A stretch of DNA of 64,000 bases, from assembly GCA_947454705.1 (NCBI GenBank), contig CANGKZ010000019.1, forward strand, positions 13,992 to 77,991. Direction: 5' to 3'. A program made the position numbers and the translations under genes. A model generated the notes under the pieces. It was not told where the DNA came from. It was given only the letters and a program-made list of their open reading frames with translations, and did not search any database. The stretch comes from Verrucomicrobiota bacterium. Its GTDB lineage: Bacteria > Verrucomicrobiota > Verrucomicrobiia > Limisphaerales > UBA9464. Below are positions 8,022 through 18,300 of this stretch, in pieces (position 1 is the first letter of the stretch; the number at the start of each line of letters is the position of its first letter).

Positions 8022-10634
8022 ATGAACCGCAGCCATTTTTGGAAGTTCCTCCTCGTCCTCTTCGTTGTCCTTTGGTCGTTCAGCGAGATCTGGCCACCCA
8101 AGGCGCGCAACCTCATCGATCAGTTTGACTCGATGACGGTGAACACCGCGGGGGACACGAACTACAACGCCATCATCGCCAAGGCGCGCTCCTACGAGGC
8201 CACCATGGCGCACCGGGGTTCGTACTCGAACCTACTGGCTGCGATCGACGGCACCGACCTCCGCCGATATTTCCCGACGAACTTCACCAAGATCTCGGGC
8301 GACCGCAACGTGACCCGCGCCAATCAGGCCATCCTGAACAAGGTTCAGAAGGAAGCCGCTGGACGCTTCAAGCTCGGTCTCGATCTTCAGGGCGGCACCT
8401 CCTTCCTGCTCGAAATGGACACGAGCAAGCTGGGCGCCGACACCATGGCCAACGCGATCAACAAGTCCTACTACATCGACCAGGCGGTCTCTGTGCTCCG
8501 TCGCCGCGTCGATGCCTACGGCGTTGCCGAACCCCTTATTCAGCCGGCCGGTGAAAACCGGATTCTCGTCCAGCTCCCCGGTTTGAGCGAAGCTGACAAG
8601 GTCGCAGCCCGTGAAGGAATTCAGAAGGCGGCCTTGATGGAGATTCGCCTCGCGGATCCGGAGATGACGCAGAACCTTCAGTCCGGCCTCATTCCCCCCG
8701 GCTACGAGCTGGTCTTGGAAAAGCAGGAAACCGAAGATGGCCGCGAGGAGTACCGCAAAGTCATTCTGGAGAAGAAGCCCGCTTCTGTCGCCGGCCAGCC
8801 CGGCCGTGGATTGACCGGAAAATACATCAAGGAAGCCTACGTTTCCCGTGATCCGGTCACCGGCAATCCTGAGGTTCACTTCAATCTCGACAGCGAAGGT
8901 GCCGAAATCTTTGCCGACGTCACCCGCGCCAATGTCGGACGGTTGATGGGCATCGTGCTCGACGGCGAGGTGGTTTCCCTCGCGACGATCATCGAGCCGA
9001 TCACCGGCGGCAGCTGCCGCATCAGCAATTCGGCCGGCGGCTACTCTGAAAAGAAGGCCCAGGAAATCGCCACCGCGCTGCAGAATCCGTTGCAGACCCC
9101 GTTGAAGATTCAGTCGGAACAGGGTGTGGATCCCTCCCTCGGTGCTGACTCGATCGCCAGCGGTATCAAGGCCTCGCTCTACGGCACCCTCGCCGTTGCC
9201 GGCTTCATGTTGGTCTATTATCTCCGCGCCGGTTTGGTCGCCAACGTCGCACTGCTCACGAACATCCTGGTGCTGCTCGGCATCATGTGCTCGCTCAACG
9301 TGACCTTCACCCTGCCGGGTATCGCCGGTATCGTGTTGACGGTCGGTATGGCGGTCGATGCCAACGTGCTGATCTACGAGCGCATTCGCGAAGAGTTGGG
9401 CAAGGGTAAATCGATGCGCGGGGCACTGGCAGCAGGTTACGACCGTGCGTTCGCCACGATCTTCGACTCCCACATCACCACGTTGATCTCGTCGGTGATT
9501 CTCATCGCTCTGGGAACCGGCGCCATCAAGGGCTTCGGTGTTTCGCTCACCATCGGTGTGGCGGTCAGCTTGTTCACCGCGTTGATCGTGACCCGGTTGA
9601 TTTTCGACTTCCTGCTCTCCCGCGGCATGTTGAATTCGCTCCCGATGCTTCACCTCATCCGTGGATCGAAGCTCGACTTCATGGCCCTGGCCAAGCCCGC
9701 CTTCACCCTCTCCTGGCTCATCATTGTTCTGGGTATCGGCTACGGTGTGTTTGGTCGTGGATCGAACCTCCTCGGCGTGGAATTCGCCGGCGGTAATAGC
9801 ATGCTGCTCTCCTTCTCCCAGAAGGTGAATGTGGATCAACTGCGCGCCGAGATCGTCAAGTTGAACATCGGCGATGCCGGCATTTCCTATCAGCGGGACA
9901 GCTCGTCCGGACGTGAAACGCTCCGCGTGGTCACCGCCCGCAAGGACGATAAGAAACCCGGCAAGGAGTACGGCGACCTCGCTGTGGAAACTCTCCAGAA
10001 GTCCTTCCCAGCGGCGGGCTTCAAGCAGATCGGCACCGAGCACGTCGGTCCCACGGTTGGACAGGAGATTCAGAAGTCCGCGATTCTCGCGTCGATTCTT
10101 TCACTGTTCGGCATCCTGGTTTACGTCGCCTTCCGCTACGAATTCAGCTTCGCCGTCGGCGCGGTGATCGCCGTGCTCCACGACGTGCTGATGACCATCG
10201 GATGCTACTGCCTCACCGGGCTTGTCGGCGAGGGACGCCAGTTCAATGCGACGTTCGTGGCCGCCTTGCTGACCATCATCGGCTTCTCGATCAACGACAC
10301 GATCGTGATCTTTGACCGTATCCGCGAAGACCTGAAGCTCGGGGTTCCGGGATCCTTCAAGGACCTGGTGAACCGCGCGCTCAATGAAACCCTGAGCCGT
10401 ACGATCATCACCTCCGGCACGGTGTTCCTCGCGACCGCCTCGCTGTACCTGTTCGGCGGCGGCCCGATCAATGACTTCGCGTTCACCTTCCTGGTGGGTA
10501 TCATTACTGGTACCTACTCCTCGATCTACATCGCCAGCGCGCTGGTGCTGTGGTGGCACAAGGGCCAGCGCCCGGTGCTCGGAGCGCAGGCTCCGGTCCG
10601 CGAAGAGGTGCAGGCCGAAGCGGCTGCCCACTAA
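8022..10634 (+). CDS. secDF: Fused protein translocase subunit SecDF
   Basis: 870 aa. SecD-type periplasmic domain, then two 6-TM blocks with VDANVLIYERIREE and INDTIVIFDRIRED motifs. Confidence 0.92.
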   Translation: MNRSHFWKFLLVLFVVLWSFSEIWPPKARNLIDQFDSMTVNTAGDTNYNAIIAKARSYEATMAHRGSYSNLLAAIDGTDLRRYFPTNFTKISGDRNVTRANQAILNKVQKEAAGRFKLGLDLQGGTSFLLEMDTSKLGADTMANAINKSYYIDQAVSVLRRRVDAYGVAEPLIQPAGENRILVQLPGLSEADKVAAREGIQKAALMEIRLADPEMTQNLQSGLIPPGYELVLEKQETEDGREEYRKVILEKKPASVAGQPGRGLTGKYIKEAYVSRDPVTGNPEVHFNLDSEGAEIFADVTRANVGRLMGIVLDGEVVSLATIIEPITGGSCRISNSAGGYSEKKAQEIATALQNPLQTPLKIQSEQGVDPSLGADSIASGIKASLYGTLAVAGFMLVYYLRAGLVANVALLTNILVLLGIMCSLNVTFTLPGIAGIVLTVGMAVDANVLIYERIREELGKGKSMRGALAAGYDRAFATIFDSHITTLISSVILIALGTGAIKGFGVSLTIGVAVSLFTALIVTRLIFDFLLSRGMLNSLPMLHLIRGSKLDFMALAKPAFTLSWLIIVLGIGYGVFGRGSNLLGVEFAGGNSMLLSFSQKVNVDQLRAEIVKLNIGDAGISYQRDSSSGRETLRVVTARKDDKKPGKEYGDLAVETLQKSFPAAGFKQIGTEHVGPTVGQEIQKSAILASILSLFGILVYVAFRYEFSFAVGAVIAVLHDVLMTIGCYCLTGLVGEGRQFNATFVAALLTIIGFSINDTIVIFDRIREDLKLGVPGSFKDLVNRALNETLSRTIITSGTVFLATASLYLFGGGPINDFAFTFLVGIITGTYSSIYIASALVLWWHKGQRPVLGAQAPVREEVQAEAAAH

Positions 10635-10683
10635 TCGCGGGCAGGCGATCGGGCGGAGTTCCAAAAGTCCGCGATCTTTCAAA

Positions 10684-10720
10684 ACGGGGCAGGCTTCGGC
10701 CGGCCCCGTTTTTATGTTTT
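10684..10720 (+). terminator. Rho-independent terminator after secDF
   Basis: acggggc-aggcTTCGgcc-gccccgt stem-loop followed by tttttatgtttttt. Confidence 0.7.
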
Positions 10721-10730
10721 TTGGGGCTGA

Positions 10731-11164
10731 AGTTGGAGGGTTGAAAAGTTGAACCCAAAAGCGGCAGTTCGAACCGCAGATGGACGCAGATCAACGCAGA
10801 TGGAGAGGGTGATAAATCGTTGGATGCGCCTCCAATTCGTTCACCCGCCGGGTGAATCTCCACAGCCTCTGCCCCGCTGGTTGTTTTCTCTCCCAGCGCC
10901 GGATTTAGGCGACGGGGTTCCTCACACGTTTGGAGTACCGCGTTTACGCGGCTCTGCTGTTGGACACGGGGCCATCGAACGGTTGGAAATCAACCGCCTG
11001 CATTGTTCGAGACGCGCCTCCCCGAACCGTCTGAAGACGGGACTCCGAACCCATGAGAAAAACCTCGCGGCAGCGTCGGATTCCCCTTCAACGCTTCAAC
11101 TTTTTAACCCTTCAACTTCGGTTTCTAGGTTCAACTGCTGTTTCCAGGTTGAAGGGTTGAAGGG
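10731..11164 (+). repeat. ~430-bp composite dispersed repeat, copy 1
   Basis: Aligns by eye along its whole length with the reverse complement of 60481-60893. Shared strings include cggcagttcgaaccgcagatgg, gagtaccgcgtttacgcggctctgctgttgg, gactccgaacccatgagaaaaacctcgcggcagcgtcggattccccttcaacgcttcaac. Confidence 0.85.
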
Positions 11165-11484
11165 CAAAGCGACGCAAGCTGCGAGGTGCAGAGGCAAGGT
11201 AGTCTGAAACGTGTTCTGCCTCCGAATGCGCCAGAGGACTGGCGCACTCCACGACGCTGTCGCGACTTCATTACCCGCGCGGCGAAATCCGCCAGGTCTT
11301 GGACTGCGGTAGTCCTCCACCGCTTTTAAGGGAGCAACTGCAGCCGACCTGAAATCCTGCACGGCAATCGTCGACGTACATTGCCCAAAACACCGGACGC
11401 CATGACTCCAAACGACTGCGGACTTGCTCTCTCCGCGGGTCCGCGTTGAGATCGCGGGGTTCCCGCACCCTGTTTGATTACGCC

Positions 11485-12681
11485 ATGAAGACTCCTGTTT
11501 CCCGTCGTCAGGCGCTGGCCGGTCTCGGCGTTCTCGCCGTGGCTCCGCTGGCGGGCTGCGTCCATTACCAATCCGAATCCGACTCCGTCTCCCACTCCGA
11601 TGCCGCCAAACCCGGCAACGCCCGTTTTCCAATGAACCTCGAACGCACTCCCTTTGGATCTCTCGCCGACGGCACCCCGGTGTCGCTCTTCACCTTCCGC
11701 AACGCCAAGGGCACGACGCTCAAGGTGACCAATTACGGTCTCATCATCACCGAGCTCCACACTGCGGATCGCAACGGCAAGCCGGGCAATGTGGTGCTCG
11801 GGTTCGACAATCTTCCCCGCTACCTCGCCGGTCATCCGTTCTTCGGCGCGATCGCCGGCCGCGTGGCCAACCGCATCGCCAAGGGCAAGTTCACCATCGA
11901 CGGACACGAGTACCAGCTCGCCATCAACAACGGTCCAAACCACCTGCACGGCGGAAAAGTGGGCTTTGACAAGAAGGTTTGGAAGGTCGAGGAGGACGAG
12001 ACCACGCCGCAGTTCGCGCGGGTGCGCTTCAGCCACGTCAGCCCCGATGGCGACGAAGGCTACCCCGGTACGCTCAAGGTGACCGTGGACTACATCCTCA
12101 CCGCGGACAACGAGGTGCGGATTCACTATCGCGCCACCACGGACAAGGCCACGCCGATCAACCTCACCAATCACAGCTATTTCAATCTCGCCGGCCAGGG
12201 CGTCATCGACGGTCATGAGCTTCAGCTGACCGCTGACCGCTACACTCCCGGTGACGAGGGATTGATCCCGACCGGCGAGCTCGCTCCGGTGAAGGGCACC
12301 GCATTTGATTTCACGACGCCGCACACGATCGGCGAGCGCATTGAAAACACGGGCCTAACCCCGACCGGCTATGACCACAACTTTGTGCTGAACAACGGCG
12401 GCAAATCGATCGCGCTGGCCGCCCGCGTGGTGGAACCGAAGTCCGGTCGCGTCCTCGAAGTGCTGACTGACCGTCCGGGCATCCAGCTTTACACGGCGAA
12501 CTTCTTCCCCAAGGAGGGCGTGACCTGCACCGGCGGAGTGACCTTCCCGCCGCACGGCGCGTTTTGCCTCGAGACGCAGAATTTCCCGGATGCCGTGAAC
12601 AAACCGAGCTTCCCGAAATCCGTCTGGCGTCCCGGCGAAACCTACGACACCACGACGATCTTCCGGTTCAGCGCTCACTGA
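11485..12681 (+). CDS. galM: Aldose 1-epimerase (galactose mutarotase), predicted Tat/lipoprotein signal
   Basis: Motifs NNGPNHLHGG, YPGTLKVTVDY, TNHSYFNL, LETQNFPDA. N-terminus MKTPVSRRQALAGLGVLAVAPLAGC has a twin-Arg motif plus a lipobox. Start moved to the ATG at 11485. Confidence 0.85.
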   Translation: MKTPVSRRQALAGLGVLAVAPLAGCVHYQSESDSVSHSDAAKPGNARFPMNLERTPFGSLADGTPVSLFTFRNAKGTTLKVTNYGLIITELHTADRNGKPGNVVLGFDNLPRYLAGHPFFGAIAGRVANRIAKGKFTIDGHEYQLAINNGPNHLHGGKVGFDKKVWKVEEDETTPQFARVRFSHVSPDGDEGYPGTLKVTVDYILTADNEVRIHYRATTDKATPINLTNHSYFNLAGQGVIDGHELQLTADRYTPGDEGLIPTGELAPVKGTAFDFTTPHTIGERIENTGLTPTGYDHNFVLNNGGKSIALAARVVEPKSGRVLEVLTDRPGIQLYTANFFPKEGVTCTGGVTFPPHGAFCLETQNFPDAVNKPSFPKSVWRPGETYDTTTIFRFSAH

Positions 12682-12703
12682 GGCGTGGAATGCGTAAGAT
12701 CGG

Positions 12704-12831
12704 AGGTTGAAGGGTTGAACCTAGAAACGGGAGTTGAAGGGTTAAAAAGTTGAAGCGTTGAAGGGGGACAGCGGTAACAGCGGTACTTCTCACACGTTTG
12801 GAGTACCGCGTTTACGCGGCTCTGCTGTTGG
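12704..12831. repeat. REP-like modules (GTTGAAGGGTTGAA family plus GAGTACCGCGTTTACGCGGC hairpin module)
   Basis: ggttgaagggttgaacctagaaacgggagttgaagggttaaaaagttgaagcgttgaaggggg, then ctcacacgtttggagtaccgcgtttacgcggctctgctgttgg. Both recur at other intergenic sites. Confidence 0.8.
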
Positions 12832-12916
12832 GCGGAGGCTTCAAACGCGGGGCGACTGTCGATCTCAGAAATGATCTCACACCCGCCCGTCCGAATCTTC
12901 GGCGATCGGTTTTGAG

Positions 12917-13058
12917 AATAGCCCAGGCCTTGAGGCCTGGGTTCGGATGCGGTGGGTGTCGTCGAGTCCCGCAGGGATGACAGAGGAGTCTTTCTGCCGT
13001 CCCTGCGGGACTTTTTCCGTGTTTAGGCCCAATCCCAGGCCTCAAGGCCTGGGCTATT
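12917..13058. repeat. ~140-bp palindromic REP-type element
   Basis: Outer arms aatagcccaggccttgaggcctggg / cccaggcctcaaggcctgggctatt flank the inner hairpin gtcccgcagggatgacagagg...ctgccgtccctgcgggac. A related copy lies at 42289-42440. Confidence 0.8.
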
Positions 13059-13157
13059 TTCAGATGCGCCTAACAGAACCGTCTTAATAAGGGACTCCGA
13101 ACGAATGGGGACGCCTCCGCGGCAGGGTGAATCCCACTTTGATTGATGGCGGGTTCT

Positions 13158-13199
13158 CCAAAGAAATCAGGGCGGTCCGCCGAAGCGGGCCGCCCTGAT
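13158..13199 (-). terminator. Rho-independent terminator after the DUF1080 gene
   Basis: atcagggcgg...ccgccctgat stem. On the minus strand it is followed by ttctttgg. Confidence 0.55.
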
Positions 13200-13239
13200 G
13201 CGTCTAAATTGGATCAGCGGGAACGAGGCTCGAGTTCGA

Positions 13240-13908
13240 TCAGAGCTTCTTCACGCGGATGTTCTTGTAGAGCACCACGCTCTTCGGATCGTGCGCCTGG
13301 AGGGCGAACGTGCCGGCGTTGAGCTTGCGTTCGAAATCCTTGCCCGGGAGACGGCCGGCTTCCTCGGTGAAGTCGTTCACCAGGGTGCCGTTGAGGTAAA
13401 CCTTGATGTTGTTGCCGCGAACGATGACGTGGTGGGTGTACCACTCGCCATCCTTCACCACGCCCACGAGCTTGTCTTCCTTCACATCCTGCACGGAGTA
13501 AACGCTGCCGGATTTGCGCCAGTCGCCATGGGTCTGGTTGACCTGGGTTTCATAACCACCCCAGGGCCATCCGCTCTCCTGATACTTGGTGTGAATGTAG
13601 ATGCCACCGTTGGAATTCGGCTGGGTCATCACGTCGATCTTCAGCTCGAAATCTTTGAACGGCTGGAGGGCGCCGACGTAGAAATTGTGGCTGCGGCCGC
13701 CGTTGGCGCGAAAGGCACCGTCGGCAATCGACCAGGAATCCTTGGCCTCGTTGACCTTCCAGCCGTTCCAGGTGCCGTCGGAGATGTAGGTGAATCCTTC
13801 GGAATCAACGGTTCCCAACGCGTGGGTGGGGCCGCCGGGCTTGGAAGGAGCAGTGGCGCATCCGGCCAGCAGGGAAGCCAGCGCGGCGACAAGAAGAAGT
13901 GATTTCAT
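13240..13908 (-). CDS. DUF1080 (3-keto-disaccharide hydrolase-like) lipoprotein
   Basis: 222 aa. Signal peptide plus lipobox MKSLLLVAALASLLAGC. FELKIDV..NSNGGIYIHT and the C-terminal GTFALQAHDPKSVVLYKNIRVKKL are typical of the family. Confidence 0.8.
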   Translation of the reverse strand: MKSLLLVAALASLLAGCATAPSKPGGPTHALGTVDSEGFTYISDGTWNGWKVNEAKDSWSIADGAFRANGGRSHNFYVGALQPFKDFELKIDVMTQPNSNGGIYIHTKYQESGWPWGGYETQVNQTHGDWRKSGSVYSVQDVKEDKLVGVVKDGEWYTHHVIVRGNNIKVYLNGTLVNDFTEEAGRLPGKDFERKLNAGTFALQAHDPKSVVLYKNIRVKKL

Positions 13909-13972
13909 GGTTCACCGCTTTGATACGGGGCCGGCCGTTTTCGGGCAAATCGAAATCTGAATCCCGCGGGGA

Positions 13973-14650
13973 TTGTTCCGATTTTCTGCCCACGGCAGAC
14001 TCCCGCACGTGCCTTCGGTCGATTCCACCGCCATCGCCACCACTCCCCGCATCCGGCCCGCCCGGATGGAAGATCTGCCGGGATTGTATCAGGTGTGCCT
14101 CCAAACCGGCGACGGGGGAGCCGATGCCACCGGCCGTTTTTCGGATCCGGCGTGGCTCGGACATCGGTTCGTCGGCCCTTATGTGGCGTTGGAACCGGGC
14201 TTCAGTTGGACGCTCGAGGATGAAGCCGGCCCGTGTGGCTACGTGCTGGGAACGGCTGATTCGCTCCGGTTCTCCCATCGATTCGAGAGCGACTGGTACC
14301 CCCGTGTGGCCGGTGAATTGGATTTGATCCGGCGGGCCGTGCCAACCGCTCCCTCGGATCTTGAATTCGAACAGCGGCGTTGGTTCGCGCATCGCCGATG
14401 GGAGTTCCCGCAACCGATGGAGGCCTTTCCGGCGCATCTCCACATCGATCTCCTCCCGCGGGCGCAGGGGCGGGGTTACGGCGTTCGCATGGTGGGCATG
14501 CTTCTCGATGCGATGCGTGCGGCCCGCGTTTCCGGGGTGCACCTGGTCATGCATCCCGAAAACGACCGCGCGCGGCGGTTTTATCTGAAGCTCGGGTTTC
14601 GCACCCACACGCGTTCGCGCGAGGCGGAGGTGCTGGTTCGTGATCTCTGA
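13973..14650 (+). CDS. GNAT-family N-acetyltransferase
   Basis: IRPARMEDLPGLYQV start of the GNAT fold. Acetyl-CoA motif RAQGRGYGVRMVGMLLD and RRFYLKLGF. Start uncertain (TTG 13973 or GTG 14009). Confidence 0.75.
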   Translation: MFRFSAHGRLPHVPSVDSTAIATTPRIRPARMEDLPGLYQVCLQTGDGGADATGRFSDPAWLGHRFVGPYVALEPGFSWTLEDEAGPCGYVLGTADSLRFSHRFESDWYPRVAGELDLIRRAVPTAPSDLEFEQRRWFAHRRWEFPQPMEAFPAHLHIDLLPRAQGRGYGVRMVGMLLDAMRAARVSGVHLVMHPENDRARRFYLKLGFRTHTRSREAEVLVRDL

Positions 14651-14689
14651 CTTGGTCCTTTTCCCTTCCCACTCCAGACTCCCGAAATC

Positions 14690-15337
14690 ATGTCGTCCGA
14701 TTCCCTCCGTTCCCAGCGTGCCCAACGATTGATGCAGTGCGGTGTCGTCGCGGTGATCCGCGCTCCGGATCCGGGCTTGGTGCCCGAGCTCGGGGCGGCC
14801 CTGCTCGCAGGTGGCGTGACGGCGCTGGAAGTCACCACGTCCACGCCGAACTTCGCCTCGGCCATCCGGTCGACGCGCGCGGCACTCGGGAATCAGGTGC
14901 TGATCGGTGCCGGAACGCTGCTGCATCCGGCCCAATGCGATGAAGCGATCGAAGCCGGCGCGGAGTTTGCCGTGAGCCCGGTGTTCCGCCCCTCGCTCAT
15001 TCCCGGATGCCACGCCGCCGGCGTGCCCATGTTGCTCGGGGCGTTCACGCCGACCGAGGCGCAGGCGGTGCATGATTCCGGAGCGGATTTCGTGAAGCTC
15101 TTCCCGGCCGAGGTGCTTGGACTGAAGTTCATCCGCGGCTTGCGGGCGCCGCTGCCGCACTTGCGACTCGTGCCCACCGGCGGGGTGGATGCCACCAACG
15201 CCGGTCAGTTTCGCAAGGCCGGGTGCGTGGCCGTTGGGGTGGGCGGCAGCCTCGTGAAACCAGAATTGATGCAGTCGCGCGACTGGCCGGCCCTCACCGC
15301 CCTGGCCGCCGCGCTGGTGGCTTCGTGGCGTTCCTGA
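14690..15337 (+). CDS. eda: 2-dehydro-3-deoxyphosphogluconate / 4-hydroxy-2-oxoglutarate aldolase
   Basis: 215 aa. VVAVIRA, GVTALEVT, IGAGTLL, GAEFAVSP, DFVKLFPA, VPTGGV: classic Eda/KDPG aldolase blocks. Confidence 0.88.
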   Translation: MSSDSLRSQRAQRLMQCGVVAVIRAPDPGLVPELGAALLAGGVTALEVTTSTPNFASAIRSTRAALGNQVLIGAGTLLHPAQCDEAIEAGAEFAVSPVFRPSLIPGCHAAGVPMLLGAFTPTEAQAVHDSGADFVKLFPAEVLGLKFIRGLRAPLPHLRLVPTGGVDATNAGQFRKAGCVAVGVGGSLVKPELMQSRDWPALTALAAALVASWRS

Positions 15338-15373
15338 GTCCAGGGACGATTTGCAACGGCCGCCGCATCGCGG

Positions 15374-18300
15374 TCAGTAGCGAAGAAGTCGATAAAACCG
15401 TGCGGCGTCGGCGGCCGGAATCGTAACGTCTTCAGTACGGTTGGTGGCGGCCGGTTGGAACTCTGCAGCGGTTGACCATGCGCCGGCGTTGATCTGCTCA
15501 CGCGTCTCGATGCGATGCGCGGTTCCCGCCGGGGCTTCGAAGCGCAGATGGATCTTTGACGCCGCATCCATCCTGGCTTCGAGCACTCCCGGGGTGAACA
15601 CCGGGGCGGGGTCTGGAAGTCCGGGGGATCCTCCGACCTCGGTGCTGCGTCGCCACGCGGCGGGATCGCCGTAGTTGCCCGGGTTGTTTTCATCGGCCAG
15701 CACCAACGAATAGCCCGCTCCATCCGTCTGCGGCTGCCACAGTGGGTCGTATTGAAAATCAAGAATGGGCTCCTCCAACGGGCCAAACAGCGCGAGCCGT
15801 TCTCCTGAGTTCGAAAGCTGCTGGGGTCCGTACACGCCGAGGATGGACGAGACGGTGGGGTACTTCGCCGAGAAGCGTTCGAGGTTCCGCACCAGCACGC
15901 CGCGCTCGCCTGCGCGAAGAACGGCGTTGTTGGTGGTCGTCCAATCATAGTCGACGCCGCCGCGCAGGCGCATCCCGGCAAAGGACAGGGAGCGTGTACC
16001 AAAGTTGAACAACTCGATGAATTCGAGGTTGTCGGCATCCCCGGGGGCGGAGGCGTCGTTCGGGTGGTAGTGGAGTTCGGTGATGGCCACCGGCACGGGA
16101 TCCACCACGTAGGTCGCGGACACCGGGCTCGACCAGAGGGATTTCAACGGAGGGTTGTTGGCTCCGGTAAGGGCCGAGTGAAAGGGGTTCATCGAGCGGG
16201 CCACGAGCTTCGCGTTGCGATTGATGCGAACTGGCGTGCCGGTGTAGGCGACTGCCGAGGGGGAGATGGCACCGCCGGGCAGGCGCGGATCGGTTCCGTC
16301 GAGAGTGTAGTACACGGTGATGCCCGCGGGCGGGGTGATCTCGGCGCCGAAGCCGGCGGCGACGCTACCGCCGGGCGACACCAGTTTTGCCGGCGCGACG
16401 AACTGGCGGTCCATGAACTCGGTGCGATTCGAGATCCAGTTCCTCATCAGGTTCACCTCGGCCTGATAGCTCCCGCCGCGTGGCGAGACACCCCAGCGGG
16501 CGACCTCCCGCGGTTGCGCGGTGCGAACCTGATTGGAGAGATCATCGATCAGCCGCCATAGGTTGGTGGTGCTGAACTCATTTTTTCGAAGGCTCTGATA
16601 GCGGTCGATGTAGTCCTGGAAGAAGTCCGGATCACGGAAGACGCGATCCCACCAGGTGTAGTTGAAGAAGTCGGTCCCGCCATCAGAGGTGGTGGAGCGC
16701 CACACGCGCGGGTTGGAGTCGCGTCCGTCGGTGGATCCGAGCGCGCGATCGAAATCCCACAGCGGTCCGAAGTGCAGGAGTCCGTTGCGCTCCTTGTAGA
16801 AATAGGCGCTGAGCCGGAGGGCATCGACGTTGAACGCGAGGACGTTCAACAGGTGATGGTCGATCCATGACGGCGTGTGAATGTAGGCGCGGAATCCGGT
16901 GGTGCGGTTGGTGAATCGGATGTTGTCGTAGAGGGCAGTGCCGAAGCTGTTCATGTACCCGCGGATGTAATTCATCTGGGCCGCACGTGCAGGGAGCCTC
17001 AGGTCCGCTTCGGCCGGTTCGACGAAGCCCATGGTTTGGTTCGCTGCTCCGAGGCCGGAGTCGCCCGGATCGAGACGGTCCACCTTCATCATGTATCCCC
17101 CGGTGATGCTCGGCGCGGTCAGGTTCTGCGCCTGGAGGGATCCGGCATCGACCCGGTCCTTTCCAATTTCGATCCGCTCCTCGAGCACGTAGATCCCGGC
17201 GTAGCTCGTCTGGGCCACCGCACCCGTTCCCGTGCCGACGAAGTACACCTCCACGAACCGCGTGCGCGGCGAGTAGCGACCGATGTCCCGGCTGAGCTGG
17301 TGCATGAACGGGTTGTGGATCAGGACCGGTTCAAAGGAGTTCGGGGCGTACATGATCCAGTCGCCATCGGCCGGGAGTCCGAGCGGCGACACCGGCCGGT
17401 CGTTGTCGAACTCATCGCGGAACTCCACGCGGTAGCTGGCCTTCTCAATGCCTTCGGTGCTGGAGCCGCGGACCGAGATTCCTGCCCGGGAGGTTAGCGT
17501 TGGCGCATCGGCCAGCGAGGTGAGGCCGTTAGTTCCGGGTTCGAAGATTTGAAAATGGGAGAAGAGTCGAACGTTGGCGGGAGGCCGGCCCTTGTTGAAG
17601 TCATGGATCAGAAACACCGGCAGGCTCGATCTGAACGAGGCCACCTGGGCGGAGATGGGAATGAACGTCTCGCTTCGCACCGTTCCCGGCAGCAGCCCGG
17701 TCGTGAAGGCCCGTGCGCGAACCTGCACGGCCTGATTCACAAACCGCAACGGACTGGCATAGGCCGACGATGCCTCGGTGGGCAGGGTGCCATCGACCGT
17801 GTATCGGATGACCGAATTGGGAATATTGGTCGAGAGGCTCAATGTCAGATCGAGCGAACCGCTGGGGTAGGTGCCGCTGGTCTTGGAGAACTCCACATCC
17901 GGCGCGAACCCGATTCCGGAAGTGCTGTTGGGTTGTCCGGGAGTCGGAGTGGTGAAATATCCCAATCGCGTCGGCGCCCCCTCCGCATGGCCGTAGGACA
18001 CATCGGCTCGCTGGGCGGGATACGCTGGCGAGTACTCAAAAGCGATGGCGGCGGTGGGAGTGATCAGCGCGAGACGCTCGCCTTCGCTGCTGAGTTTGAA
18101 ATTCGTGTGAAGGGCCGCGGTGATGTTCGTGCGGTTCTTTCCCGAGGCGTACACCAGCAGACGCCCTTTGGCGGAGATGGTCACCGCGGGGAAGGTCCAT
18201 GCTGCGTTGCCGGAGAGGAGCGTCCATCCTCCGAGGGAGACGGTGTCGGTCGAACTGTTGGCCAGTTCGATCCAATCGGAATGGTCTCCGTCATCGTCGC

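Noticed and set aside
10749-11207. Apparently conserved small proteins encoded in the composite repeats. 10749-11207(+) and 60485-60745(-) share ...APDLGDGVPH.FGVPRLRGSAVG.GAIERLEI..LH...
   Set aside because: The conservation follows from DNA-level repeat identity. The sequence is a concatenation of REP modules that also occur separately and in both orientations. There are no start or RBS signals. A coding role cannot be fully excluded without dN/dS analysis.
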